A stretch of 64,000 bases of DNA from an uncultured Solirubrobacterales bacterium (GCA_963801055.1 CAWDDE010000003.1:68920-132919); one strand, 5' to 3'; shown: positions 53,507 to 64,000, counted from the first letter of the stretch. The notes: generated from the letters alone by a model not told the origin. Translations and numbers: made by a program.

Positions 53507-54939
53507 ACCACCAGATCGTCAAGCTGTTCGGCTTCGTCCTCGTCCTCTACGCCCTGCTCTTCGGGTTCACGTCGTACTGGTCGATCTTCGACGCGAACTC
53601 GCTGAAGGCAAATCAGGCGAACCGCAGGCCCCTGCTCGAGGAGCAGACGATCCGCCGCGGGAGCATCCTGGCCGACGACGGCACTGTGATCGCTCGCTCA
53701 CGCGGCGTCGGGAGGGGCAACAACAAGATCTTCGTGCGGCATTACCCGCTGGGAGCGCTCTTCGGCAACCCGATCGGCTACAGCTTCGTGACACAGGGAC
53801 GGGTGGGCTTCGAGCTGTCCCACAACGACGAACTGGTCGGCAACAAGACGGAGTTCCTCTCCCTGCTCGACCAGCTTCAGGGGCATTCCCAGGAGGGGGA
53901 CAACGTGCAGTCCTCGCTCGACCCGGCCGCGCAGCGGGCGGCGGTGGACGGGCTCGCCGGTCGCCGCGGAGCGGTCGTCGCGATCGTTCCGGCGACGGGC
54001 GAGATCAAGGCGATGGTGAGCATCCCGGAGTACGACCCGAATCAGGTCCCGAAGCACTTGGCGCAGCTCAACCGTGATTCCAGCGCCCCGCTGTTCAATC
54101 GTGCGACCCAGGCGGGCTATCCGCCGGGATCGACGATGAAGGTGGTTACCGCGACCGCCGCGCTCGACAGCGGCGAGTTCACCCCCAATTCGGTCCTCAA
54201 CGGCGGCTCCCCGAAGGTGATCGGCGGGGTGTCCCTCTCGAACTCCGGAGGGGAGCAGTTCGGCGACATCGAGATGACGACCGCCCTCACCAACTCGGTC
54301 AACACGTGGTGGGCCCAGGTCGGCGAAAAGCTCGGCAAGGACACGATGTTCAAGTACATGGATCGTTACGGGTTCGACGCCAAACCTCGTCTCGACTACC
54401 CCGGCTTCCAGCTCGCCACCAGCGGCGTCTTCGACGGGAACAACCTGCTCGACGCCGGCGACCCGATCGACATCGGGCGGGTGGCGATCGGCCAGGAGCG
54501 GCTACGCGTGACGCCCCTGCAGATGGCCGAGGTCGCAGCCACCGTCGCCAACCAGGGCGAGCTGATGGAGCCCCGGCTGTGGTCGAAGGTGATCGATCCC
54601 GACGGGCGGGAGACGAAGCTCGACCCCGCCCGCCAGAGCCGCGTGATGAGCGAGGAGACCGCGTCGGACCTCAACGACATGATGCAGAGCGTGGTCCAGG
54701 AGGGAACCGGGACCGCGGCGGCTGTGTCGGGCATCGACGTCGCGGGAAAGACCGGTACGGCGGAGGTCACGGGCGGCGCGAATCAGGCGTGGTTCATCGG
54801 CTTCGCGCCGGCTAACGACCCCAAGATCGCGATCGCTGTCACCGTCGAGCGCACCACCGGCTTCGGCGGACCGACCGCGGGGCCGATCTTCAAGAGCGTC
54901 GCCGAGACGATCCTCCGAGGGGCTGCGAGCGGTGGCTAA
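53503..54939 (+). CDS. pbpA: Penicillin-binding protein A-type D,D-transpeptidase
   Basis: Intact 478-aa ORF with an N-terminal TM, then STMK (PPGSTMKVV), SVN (TNSVNT) and KTGT (AGKTGTAE). Confidence 0.9.
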   Translation: MNHQIVKLFGFVLVLYALLFGFTSYWSIFDANSLKANQANRRPLLEEQTIRRGSILADDGTVIARSRGVGRGNNKIFVRHYPLGALFGNPIGYSFVTQGRVGFELSHNDELVGNKTEFLSLLDQLQGHSQEGDNVQSSLDPAAQRAAVDGLAGRRGAVVAIVPATGEIKAMVSIPEYDPNQVPKHLAQLNRDSSAPLFNRATQAGYPPGSTMKVVTATAALDSGEFTPNSVLNGGSPKVIGGVSLSNSGGEQFGDIEMTTALTNSVNTWWAQVGEKLGKDTMFKYMDRYGFDAKPRLDYPGFQLATSGVFDGNNLLDAGDPIDIGRVAIGQERLRVTPLQMAEVAATVANQGELMEPRLWSKVIDPDGRETKLDPARQSRVMSEETASDLNDMMQSVVQEGTGTAAAVSGIDVAGKTGTAEVTGGANQAWFIGFAPANDPKIAIAVTVERTTGFGGPTAGPIFKSVAETILRGAASGG

Positions 54940-56778
54940 TCCGCTCATGGGCACGGTTGTCGACGAGCGCTACCGGCTCGACCACAAGATCGGCTCCGGC
55001 GGAATGGCCGACGTCTGGCTCGCCGAGGACACCGAGCTCGACCGCAGCGTCGCGATCAAGATCCTGCATGACCGCTTCGCCCAGGACAAGGAGTTCGTGC
55101 AGCGCTTCCAGCGCGAGGCCCAGTCGGCCGCCGGCCTCCAGCATCCGAACGTGGTCGGGATCTTCGACCGCGGCATCTTTGGCGACACCTACTTCATCGC
55201 TATGGAGTACGTGGACGGTCCGTCTCTCAAGGACCTGGTCAAGGGGGGCATGGATGTCAAGGACGCAATCGACTTCACGCGTCAGATCCTGGCCGCCGCC
55301 CGCTTCGCCCATCGGAAGGGAATCGTCCATCGCGACCTGAAGCCCCAGAACGTCTTGATCGACGCCGAGGGGCGCGTGCGGGTTGCGGATTTCGGGATCG
55401 CCCGCGCCGGCGAGAACTCGGACATCACTGCGACGGGCTCGGTGATGGGCACGGCGCAGTACATCTCGCCGGAGCAGGCCCAGGGCAAGCCAACTACCCC
55501 GCGTTCGGACATCTACTCGATCGGCGTGATCCTCTACGAGGCGCTCACCGGCCGCGTGCCATTCGAGGGGGATAGCGCCGTCGCTGTCGCGCTCAAGCAG
55601 GTCTCCGAGGCTCCACGGCGGCCCAGCGCGATCAACCCGAACATCCCGCCCGCCCTCGACGCGGTGGTGATGAGGGCGCTCGCCAAGGAGCCCGACGCCC
55701 GCTTCAAGGATGCCGACGCGTTCCTGCGCGCCCTCGATGCGGCGGAGCGTGCGCCGGATAAGCCGCGCCCCGAGGACACGGCCGCCTTTGCCGCCGTGTC
55801 TCCGGAGGGCGAGACGGACCTCGCCGAGGAGGAGCCGCCCTACGAGGAGTGGGAGCCGGAGCGGCGCCGGAGGTGGCGCTGGTTCGTCGTCGCACTGCTC
55901 GCCGCCGGGGTGGCGGCCCTGGTGGCCTTCGCGCTCACCCGTCCCTCGCACGTGGCGATCCCGGACGTGATCGGACAGGACGTCGACGGCGGCAACCCAG
56001 CTTCTCGACGGCAAGGGGTTCGACGTGGCGATCAAGGCCGTTCCCAGCGCAGCCCCGACGAACCAGGTGGTCGAGCAGGACCCGATCCCGACCGACCGCG
56101 GGGGCGGCAAGGCGGAGGAGGGCTCGACCGTGACCCTCAGCGTGAGCTCGGGCCCGCCGATCGTCGCCGTCCCCGAGGTGTCTGGGCTGAGCGAGGCCGA
56201 TGCGACGAAACGCCTGGAAAAGGCCGGTTTCAGCGTGACCAGCAAGCAGCAGTTCTCAAACACGGTGAAGCGGGGGTTGGTGATCGGCACTGAGCCGGCG
56301 GCGGGGACGCAGCTCTCGACCGGTCAGGGGGTGACGATCCTGGTCTCGCGGGGCGCCAACACCGGTCGCCGTCCCCAACGTCGTTGGGCTCGACGAGCAG
56401 GCCGCGCTCGCGGCCCTCCAGAACGCCGGGCTCTCCGGCGTCCTGGTGCAGCGCGACTCGACCGAGCCGGAGGGCAAGGTCCTGGGGCAGAGCCCGGGCG
56501 CGGGCAGGCTCGTCCCGCCGGGCTCGCAGGTGACGATCTTCGCCTCCACCGGCGCGATCACGGTGCCTGACGTCGTCGGTCAGGACCGGCAGGCCGGCGG
56601 TGACGGCGATGAAGAAGGCCGGCTTCACCGTTGCCGTCGTGGAGCAGAGCACCGTCGATCCCGCCCAGGTCGGGCGGGTGATCTCCCAGTTCCCGCCCGG
56701 CGGCTCCCGCGGCCGTCGCGGTGACACGGTGACGATCTCGGTGGGCGTCGCCCTCGACCAGACACGCCGACGCCATGA
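54932..56778 (+). pseudogene. pknB: PASTA-domain Ser/Thr protein kinase PknB; about 4-5 frame breaks (near 55990, 56360, 56595, 56745)
   Basis: GSGGMADVWLA, AIKIL, HRDLKPQNV, DFGIA and ISPEQ, then a TM (WFVVALLAAGVAALVAFAL). Four PASTA-like repeats beginning IPDVIGQ, VPEVSGL, VPNVVGL and VPDVVGQ are spread over three frames. The third-frame stop forms an ATGA overlap with the downstream ddl. Confidence 0.85.
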
Positions 56779-57742
56779 GGGTCGCGGTGATCGGGGGCGG
56801 GATCTCGAGCGAACACGATGTGTCGCTGCGCTCGGCGGCGTCGGTGGCGGCCGGGCTCCGCGAGGCGGGACACGAGACGGTCGAGGTGACGATCGGCCGC
56901 GACGGGCGCTGGTCGGCGGCGGGAGAGGCCGTCAGCTTCACTCCCGGCGAGGGCTTGCTCGGCTGCGAGGCAGTCATTCCCGGTCCTGCACGGCCCCGGC
57001 GGTGAGGACGGCAGCGTCCAGGGGCTTCTCGAGGTGCTCGACGTCCCCTACGCGGGCTCTGACGTCGAGTCCTCCGCGATCTGCATGGACAAGCTCGTCT
57101 TCAAGAATCTGCTCGCGCGTCATGGCGTGCCGCAGGTCGACTTCTGCCGGGCCGGCGAGGAGGGCTGGCGGGAGATCGCCGCCGGCTTCGGCCAGCCGGT
57201 CTGGGTGAAGCCCGCGCGGCTCGGATCGAGCGTTGGGATCGCGCCCGCCTCCGGCGAGCAGGAGCTCGACCGGGCGGTCGAGGAAGCGCGCCGGCACGAC
57301 CCACGCGTGATCGTGGAGGCGCCGGCGCCGGGCAAAGAGGTCGAATGCTCGCTGCTCGGCAACGAGGATCCGGTCGGCCTCGCCGCCCGGCGAGATCGTC
57401 ACGAAGAGCTCCGATTGGTACGACTACGAGGCCAAGTACGCGGAGGGCGGCATGGAGCTGGTCGTCCCCGCGGAGATCTCCGAGGCCGCGACGGAACGCG
57501 TACGCGAGCTGGCGCGCCGGGTGTTCACGCTCTGCGGCTGCAGCGGGCTCGCCCGCTGCGACTTCTTCGTCGACGGCGAGCAGGTCCTCGTCAACGAGCT
57601 CAACACGATCCCCGGCTTCACCGAGACCAGCGTCTACGGCAGGCTCTTCGAGGCGGACGGCATCTCCTACCCGGAGCTCTGCGACCGGCTGATCCGGCTC
57701 GCCATCGAGCGCTACGAGAGGGCCCGCTCCTACGAGTTCTAG
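56775..57742 (+). pseudogene. ddl: D-alanine--D-alanine ligase (second, longer paralogue); frame breaks near 56985 and 57395
   Basis: MRVAVIGGGISSEHDVSLRSA, VLHGPGGEDGSVQGLLEVLDVPYAGS, MDKLVFK, VKPARLGSSVGI, WYDYEAKY, VNELNTIPGFT. Confidence 0.85.
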
Positions 57743-57762
57743 CGGGGACGTCTCGGTCTCGT

Positions 57763-59258
57763 CTACTTCAGGATCCGAACGTCCGAGATCTCCATCTGGT
57801 AGCGGCCGGGATCATCGTTGGCCGACGGCGCCTTCGTGATCCAGATCAGGAACGACTGGGCCGGCTTCCCGGGCAGCGTCACGGTCTCGCTGCCGCCGCC
57901 GTCGCTGATCGTCGCGACGGGCTGTCCCCAGTCGGAGAGCGAGCTCGGCGGTGCGCCGGCCGTCTCGTAGATCTGCGCGTCGTATCCGGAGGTCAGAGCC
58001 CTGATCACCATCGACTTCGCCGCGACGGCGTCGCCGGCGTCGATCGCGAGGCCGACTCCGTCCTTGAGGCCCCCGAAGTCCGGCGAGTCGTAGTGCTCGG
58101 TCGACCACGCGGTGCCGGTCGGGTTGGAGTCGATTGCGAGCTGCTCCGTCGCCGGTCTCGCGCTGATCGCCGGGCGGCGGGTCGAACTCACTCGCGGCGT
58201 CGCTCGGAAGCCGGACCTCGGTGGTGGTGCTCGCCTTCGACCCCCCGTTGCCCCCGAGGTCGATCCTGTCCCCGAAGATCAGCGCGGCCGCGATCAGGGC
58301 GATCCCGAGGATCGCCATCGCGATCCCGAGCCCTGACATCCGGCGGCGCCGGCCTAGACGGCGCCGCGAGGATGGGACGGAGTCGAGGACGCTGGTGGCC
58401 TCGCCGCTCGTCCCCCCGCGGCGGGCGACCTCGACCTCGAGCGTCTGCTCGAGGTCGCGCACCATCTCCGCGACGCGTCCCGTAGCGGTCGCGCGGGTCC
58501 TTGGTCGTCGCCCGATCCACGACCGAGGCGACCGCGGCGGAGACCTCCGGCCGCTTCGTCTGCACGTCGGGCATCGGCTCGTTGACGTGCTTCATCGCCA
58601 CGCCGACCTGCGTCTCGGCGCGGAAGGGCACGTCCCCGGTGAGCATCTCGTAGAGGACTACCCCGAGCGAGTAGACGTCGGAGCGCTCGTCGACGTCCTC
58701 GCCCATGGCCTGCTCCGGGGAGACGTAGTCGGTGGTGCCGAGCACCCGGCCGGTCGCGGTCAGGCCCTTCGACTCGAGGGAGCGTGCGATCCCGAAGTCG
58801 GTCACCTTGGCGCGACCATCCGGGTCGATCAGCACGTTCTGGGGCTTGACGTCGCGGTGGACTAGCTTGCGGGCGTGTGCGGCGGTCAGGCCGCGGCCGA
58901 TCTCGATCGCGTAGGCCACGGCCTCGTCGATGGGCAGCCGGCCCTCTTCCTGGAGGCGGCGCTTCAGCGTGCGGCCCTCGATGTACTCGAAGACGATGTA
59001 GGGACGGCCGTCATCCTCGCCGGCGTCGATCACTCCGACCAGGTTGGGATGCGAGAGGCGCGCCGCAGCCCGAGCCTCGCGCCGAAAGCGCTCGAGCTGG
59101 TCCGCCTCCTCGGAGATCTCGCGATGGAGCAGCTTGATCGCGACCGGGCGGTCGAGGACTTCGTCGAGGGCCAGATAGACGGTGGACATCCCGCCTGAGC
59201 CCAGTTTCGCCTCGAGCCGGTAGCGGCCCGAGAGCACTGTCGAGCTCAAGCGTTCCAA
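57763..59258 (-). pseudogene. Ser/Thr protein kinase with TM and C-terminal extracytoplasmic beta-sandwich-like domain; frame breaks near 58480 and 58190
   Basis: GSGGMSTVYLA, AIKLL, HRDVKPQNV, DFGIA and VSPEQ. MVRDLEQ...GLGIAMAILGIALIAAALIF (TM) lies in a second frame. The third frame carries WSTEHYDSPDFGGLKDGVGLAIDAG...FLIWITKAP...YQMEISDVRILK. Confidence 0.75.
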
Positions 59259-59330
59259 AGGCTTCGTCCGTCCATCAGGCTGTATTTTCGCCCGCGGGTC
59301 GCCGCGGCCGCTGCCAGCGCCCAGCCAAGA

Positions 59331-60217
59331 ATGATGACTGTCCAGGTCCGCTTCTACACCGATCCGGCCTGTTCCTGGTCATGGACGGCCGAGCCCGCGC
59401 TGAGGCGGCTGATGTGGGAGTTCGAGGGGGGGCTCGAGTTCGTCTGGGTGATGGGTGGTCTTGCCCGCCGTTACGGCAGCGGCTACCGCGACGGGCAGTC
59501 TGGGGTCGGCAGCGGTCCGGACTGCTTCGCCGATCTGATCTCCCACTGGCTGGACGTGGCGGCCGAGGGGCTGATGCCGACCGACCCGCGCATCTGGACC
59601 GAGAGTCCGCTGGCATCGTCCTATCCGGCCTGCCAGGCCGTCAAGGCGGCCTCTGAGCAGGGCTGGGAGGCCGGCTATCGCTACCTGCGCCGCCTGCGCG
59701 AGGGAATCATGTTCGAGCGCCGCAAGCTCGATCACGCGGATGCGCTGATCGCGGCAGCGGGCCGGGCGCGCCTCGACCGCGCTCGCTTCGAGGTCGATCT
59801 CCGCTCGCACGCGATCACCGAGGCGTTCGGCGCCGACCTGGACGAGGTCCGAAACCCTCCCGAGGAGGCGCGCGAGGCCCGCGCCGTCCACCGCACCGAG
59901 GGCCGTGAGCGCATCAGCTTCCCCTCCGCTCTCTTCATCGCCGAGAATGGCGAGCGCCATGGCGTCTGGGGAATGCGGCGGCGCTGATCCGGCCCTCCGC
60001 GAGGCGGCCCTCGCCGCCGGAGCGAAGCAGGTGAACGAGGGCCCGCTCGAGCCGATAGACGCGATCCGCCAGTTCGGCCGCTGCGCGACTCGGGAGCTGG
60101 AGGTGCTCGCCGATCGGCCGGGCCCGGTCGTCCAGGCGGAGCTCTGGGCGCTGGCCCGGGACTGGAAGCTGAAGCCGAGTCTCGGCGCTCACCGGGACGA
60201 TCTGGGAGCTCGCCTAG
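59331..60217 (+). pseudogene. DsbA-family thioredoxin-fold protein with monothiol CSWS motif; frame breaks near 59970 and 60185
   Basis: VQVRFYTDPACSWSW (CxxS in place of CxxC). PALREAALAAGA...AELWALARDWKLKP and the end ...LTGTIWELA-stop are in other frames. Confidence 0.6.
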
Positions 60218-60353
60218 GCCCGACGACCGGTGCGCGGGCGCGCCACCCGCCCGAGTCGCGCCTACCGCACTGACGACCTTCCCGGCGTCTTCGGTGGCGC
60301 GTCCGATGCGTTTGCCTCCGGGTAGGAGCGCAGTCGCCAGGGCCGCGTCCTCG

Positions 60354-61265
60354 TCACGCGGCCGCGACGACCACGCAGAACCCGCAGCCCATGTTGAAGA
60401 CCTCGTGCATCTCCTCGTCGCGGACGTCCCCGAGCTCCTGGATCAGAGTGAAGATCGCCGGGACGGGAAGCGGGTCGTCGATCTCGTAGCCGACGTCGGC
60501 TTCGAGGCGGCAGCAGGTTGCCGAGCCCGCCCGAGGTGATGTGGGCGAGGCCACGGACATCCACGTCGGACCGCAGCAGCTCGACGATCGGCTTGACGTA
60601 GATCTCGGTCGGCTCGAGCAGGATCTCGCCGAGCGGCCGACCGAGCCGATCGTCGTCGAGGGCAATGTCGGCGAGCGCACGAGCGCGCGAGCGTGTAGCC
60701 GTTGGAGTGCAGCCCCGATGAGGGTAAGCCGATCACCGGCGTCGCCGGGCTCGATCGCGGCCCCAGTGACCAGCGAGTCCAGCGTGACCACGCCGAAGCA
60801 GGCGCCGGCCAGGTCAAGACCGTTGACGATCTCTCCGAGCTGGGCCAGCTCGCCGCCCAACGATCTCGATGCCCGCCAGCTCGGCGCCACGCGCGAGGCC
60901 CGCTCCGATCGCTCCTGCGACCTCCGGGTCGGCCCGATCGACCGCGAGGTAGTCCACCATCGCGAGCGGCAGGGCGCCCGACGCAGATCACGTCGTTGAC
61001 GTTCATCGCCACGCAGTCGATGCCGACGGTGTCCCAGCGGCCGAGCCGCTCGGCCACCACCAGCTTGGTCCCGACGCCGTCCGTGCTCAGAGCGATGCCC
61101 GGTCCGGTCGTCGAGGCGCACGACGTTGGCGTAGTGGCCGCTCGGCGAGCACCTGGCGGCTGGCTCGCCGGGGGTCGAGGCGGCCAGGGCGGAGACCAGG
61201 GACGCGACCGCGGCGTCGGCGTCCCCCTGGCTCACGCCCGCCTTCGCGTATGCGTCCTCGCTCAA
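60354..61265 (-). pseudogene. purM: Phosphoribosylformylglycinamidine cyclo-ligase (AIR synthetase); several frame breaks
   Basis: TTG start giving [79 protein letters not shown] and [13 protein letters not shown] are found across three frames. Confidence 0.7.
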
Positions 61266-61329
61266 GCGTCCTCCTCCGGGGGGCCGGGACTCCCGCGTCA
61301 GTCGGCCAGTTGCGGGGGCCCAGGTCGGC

Positions 61330-62207
61330 ATGCCGTCCCCCGCCATCGGGGGCTGCCGTCGCCCGGCGAATGCTCGCCGGCTCCGGGTACCCGCTCGAGG
61401 TCGCCCTGCGCCCGCGCGAGCGGCGCCAGAGCCGGCCAGCACCACCGCAGCCAGGCCTGCTCGGTACGCGGCATAGGGCCAGAGCGCGCGGTCTCGCTCG
61501 ACCAGCTTGATCAGGGCCTGCGAGGCGAGCGTAGAGGCGAACGAGGTCGCGGTGCCCGCCCCGAACGCAGCCCCCTGGCCAGGAGGAAGCCGCCGGCGCC
61601 GCAGCCGCGCTCCCTTCAGCGCCGCGGCGCCCACGATCACCGGCAGGGCGACCGTGCGCGAGAGCATGTTGGCGTGCTGGCGGGTGAACCCGCGCCAGCG
61701 GGCGACCGTCAGGGTGGCGCCGTTCCGCGAGACGCCTGGGGCGAGTGCCGCCGCCTGCGCGCAACCCAGGGCGAGCCCGTCGAGCACGGTGGCCTGGCCG
61801 CGGTCGCGGCGCTGCGGGCGGCGATCCGCGGCGACCATCGCCGCCGCCCCGGCCAGCAGCCCGGCGGCGGTCGGCAGCGGGCCGCCGAGGTCACGCTCGA
61901 TGCGGCGCTCGAAGGCGAGGCCGCAGAGGGCCGCGGGTAGGAAGGAGAGGGCGAGTACTGCAGCCTTGCGGCGCGTCGAACGTGCGGAGCTCCTCGCCGA
62001 TCACCCGTCGCTGGCCGACAGGAGCGCCGCTGCCGCGCCGGCGTGCAGCGCGACACCGAAGCTGTTCTGCAGCTCGGGGTCCCCATCTTCCGCGTCCCAG
62101 CCCAGCAGCCAGGGGATGAGCGTGAGGTGTGCCGAGCTCGAGATCGGTAGCAGCTCGGTCGGTCCCTGGACCGCGCCGAGGACGATCGCCCTCGACGGCC
62201 TAATCAT
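61330..62207 (-). pseudogene. uppP: Undecaprenyl-diphosphate phosphatase (BacA/UppP); several frame breaks; 3' end uncertain
   Basis: MIRPSRAIVLGAVQGPTELLPISSSAHLTLIPWLLGW. Later GLALGCAQAAALAPGVSRNGATLTVARWRGF and ALWPYAAYRAGLAAVVLA are in other frames. Confidence 0.7.
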
Positions 62208-62894
62208 GAAACTGGTTGCTCCCCTGACGCCTCACGGGTCGCGCTCTCCCGCGCCCTCGCGTCATCGGAGCCCCCTCGCACATCGATCGCGGGCTCAACC
62301 CGGCCGCGCCGGCGCTGCCAGAGCGCGTACCGATCAGCACCAGGATCGCCGCGAGCACCACATAGTCGAGGTAGTGCAGGCGGTCCTTCCAGTCATCCCA
62401 CTTGCTCCCAACCTCCTTGCCGAGGAAACCCAGGGCGAAGACCCAGGGGATGCAGCCGAGCCAGCGTCAGCACGGTGAACCGCCAGAACGGCATCCTCGC
62501 GACTCCGGCCGGGAGGGAGATGAAGGTCCGGATGACCGGCAGCATCCGCGAGAAGAAGACGGTTGCATCCCCATGCCGGTTGAACCAGCGGTCGGCCCAG
62601 TCCAGGTAGCGCCGGTTCGTGTGGAAGATCCGATGACGCTCGACCAGCTCCAGGCGGCCGTAGTAGCCGATCGCGTAGGCGATCCACGAGCCCACCAGGT
62701 TGCCAAGAACGCCGGCGGCGACGATCCCGAACAGGGTCAACGTGCCGTCGTCGACCTTGAAGCCGGCGAACAGCATCGTCGCCTCGCTCGGGATCGGGAT
62801 CAGGGCGCTCTCCAAGCGTCATCAGCACGAAGACGCCGGCGTAGCCGGCATCGCCGATCAGATTGGTGGCGAAGTCGACCAGCTTGTCGGTCAC
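62204..62894 (-). pseudogene. dedA: DedA-family membrane protein; frame breaks near 62818, 62460 and 62325; its stop overlaps the uppP start (ATGA)
   Basis: MTDKLVDFATNLIGDAGYAGVFVLMTL, then ESALIPIPSEATMLFAGF...FFSRMLPVIRTFISLPAGVARMPFWRF. AGCIPWVFALGFLGKEVG... and LWQRRRGR...-stop are in further frames. Confidence 0.7.
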
Positions 62895-63011
62895 CGCGCC
62901 GGTCAGCGAGAACGAGGCCGGTCACAGGGGCGGCATGGTAGGGGCTGGTGCCTGCTCACGGGACTCGGCACCCAAAAGTCCCCCGAACGGGCCACTAGAC
63001 TCGGCTGCCGC

Positions 63012-64000
63012 GTGGAGCGGCTCAAGCACCCCGTCTACCGGCATCGCCTGATCCAGATCGCCGCCGACGCAGTCCTCGTCGCCGCGGCCTACTACCTGGC
63101 CTTCAGGTTGCGGTTCCTCGATGCCCCGGGCGGCATCCCGGAGCGCTACGACCACATGCTGGCGAACTCGATCGGCTTCGTGGTCGTCGGGCAGCTGATC
63201 GTCTTCTACGTCTTCGGCCTATACGAGAAGTGGTGGCGCTACTTCCGCCTGCCGGACATGATCGCGGTGCTTCGCGCCTGCGCGGTCTCGACGGCGATCC
63301 TGGCGATCACCTTCCTGCTGCTGAAGCCGTTCAACGACCAGATCCCGCGCTCGGTCGTCGTCAGCAACTTCCTGCTCACCGTCTTCCTGATCGGCGGCGC
63401 CCGGCTCCTCGTCCGCATGGTCCTGGTGGAGCGGCTCGCCCGCCGGGACGTACGAGGCGCTCGGCGGGTGCTGGTCGTCGGCGCCGGGTCGGGCGGTCAG
63501 ATGGTTGCGCGCGAGCTGCAGCTCAACCCAAACCTCGGCGCTCGGGCGATCGGCTTCCTGGACGACGACCCGCGCAAGCGCGGCATGCGCCTGCACGGCA
63601 TCAACGTTCTGGGCACGACTGACGAGGTCGGCGACGATCCTCGACGAGCTTCATCCCGACGAGGTGATCATCGCGATCCCGTCGGCGCCTGGCGTGCTCC
63701 GCGGCCGAGTGGTCACCGCCTGCCGGGAGCGCGACGTTCCCGTGCGGACGCTGCCTACCGTCTTCGAGCTGCTCCGCGGCGGCGTGCAGCTCACCAGGCA
63801 GCTGCGCGAGGTCCAGGTCGAGGACGTCCTCGGTCGCGATCCCGTGAAGCATGGAGCTCGACCGCGTCGGCGCCTACATGCAGGACAAGGTCGTGCTGGT
63901 GACCGGCGCCGGCGGCTCGATCGGCTCGGAGCTCGTCCGCCAGATCGCGAGGGTCCGGCCCAAATTGCTCGTCGATCCTCGACCACGCCGAGGACAACCT
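63012..64000 (+). pseudogene. Membrane-bound CapD/PglF/WbpM-like polysaccharide biosynthesis nucleotide-sugar dehydratase (3' end outside window); frame breaks near 63630, 63850 and 63975
   Basis: Four N-terminal TMs (IQIAADAVLVAAAYYLAF...), RRVLVVGAGSGGQMVAREL, then ILDELHPDEVIIAIPSA and [14 protein letters not shown] (Rossmann) in other frames. Confidence 0.7.

Noticed and set aside
56775-57742. The second ddl as a vancomycin-resistance (D-Ala-D-Lac or D-Ala-D-Ser) ligase.
   Set aside because: There are no vanH, vanX, vanY or vanRS-type neighbours. Specificity residues cannot be judged reliably from a frame-broken sequence.

Overview
Very GC-rich bacterial chromosome segment covering the replication-origin neighbourhood of a high-GC Gram-positive (actinobacterium-like) genome. 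The Firmicute-type qcrCBA and overall gene order hint at a deep-branching lineage such as Thermoleophilia or Rubrobacteria, but that is inference only.

Gene order, left to right:
- rplI, intein-containing dnaB, a translationally coupled DnaC/IstB-like loader, a cupin and purA.
- A 2.5-kb islet bracketed by a tRNA-Lys gene and a copy of its 3' half. It carries three NTF2/SnoaL-like paralogues and small membrane proteins.
- tatC, tatA and dcd.
- An 8-kb co-directional respiratory block: polyprenyl synthase, menG/ubiE, qcrCBA, an unknown ORF, hemL, a fused siroheme-decarboxylase-like gene and hemB.
- An ABC-2 exporter and a YmdB-like phosphoesterase.
- Envelope genes: a GT-C-like protein and an AlkP-GtrA fusion.
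- An aminotransferase, ddl, a bifunctional nuclease and tRNA-Ile.
- parB-parA-rsmG-jag-yidC-yidD-rnpA-rpmH, divergent from dnaA-dnaN-recF-DUF721-gyrB-gyrA.
- An HNH endonuclease and pheA.
- The conserved fhaA-fhaB-pstP-rodA-pbpA-pknB cluster, flanked by two further Ser/Thr kinases and a second ddl.
- A DsbA-like protein, purM, uppP, dedA and a CapD-like dehydratase that runs off the window.

I saw no rRNA, CRISPR array, transposase or integrase.

Main caveat: by hand translation, dozens of reading-frame breaks affect about 22 genes, including dnaA, dnaN, recF, gyrB, rodA and pknB. The breaks cluster at about 22-25 kb, 35.4-40.7 kb and 46.9-64 kb, while long blocks in between are clean. I list these genes as pseudogene (as assembled), but uncorrected indel errors are the most likely cause. 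All frameshift positions are approximate. I did not recognise a clearly novel multi-gene system; the most unusual loci are listed under findings.
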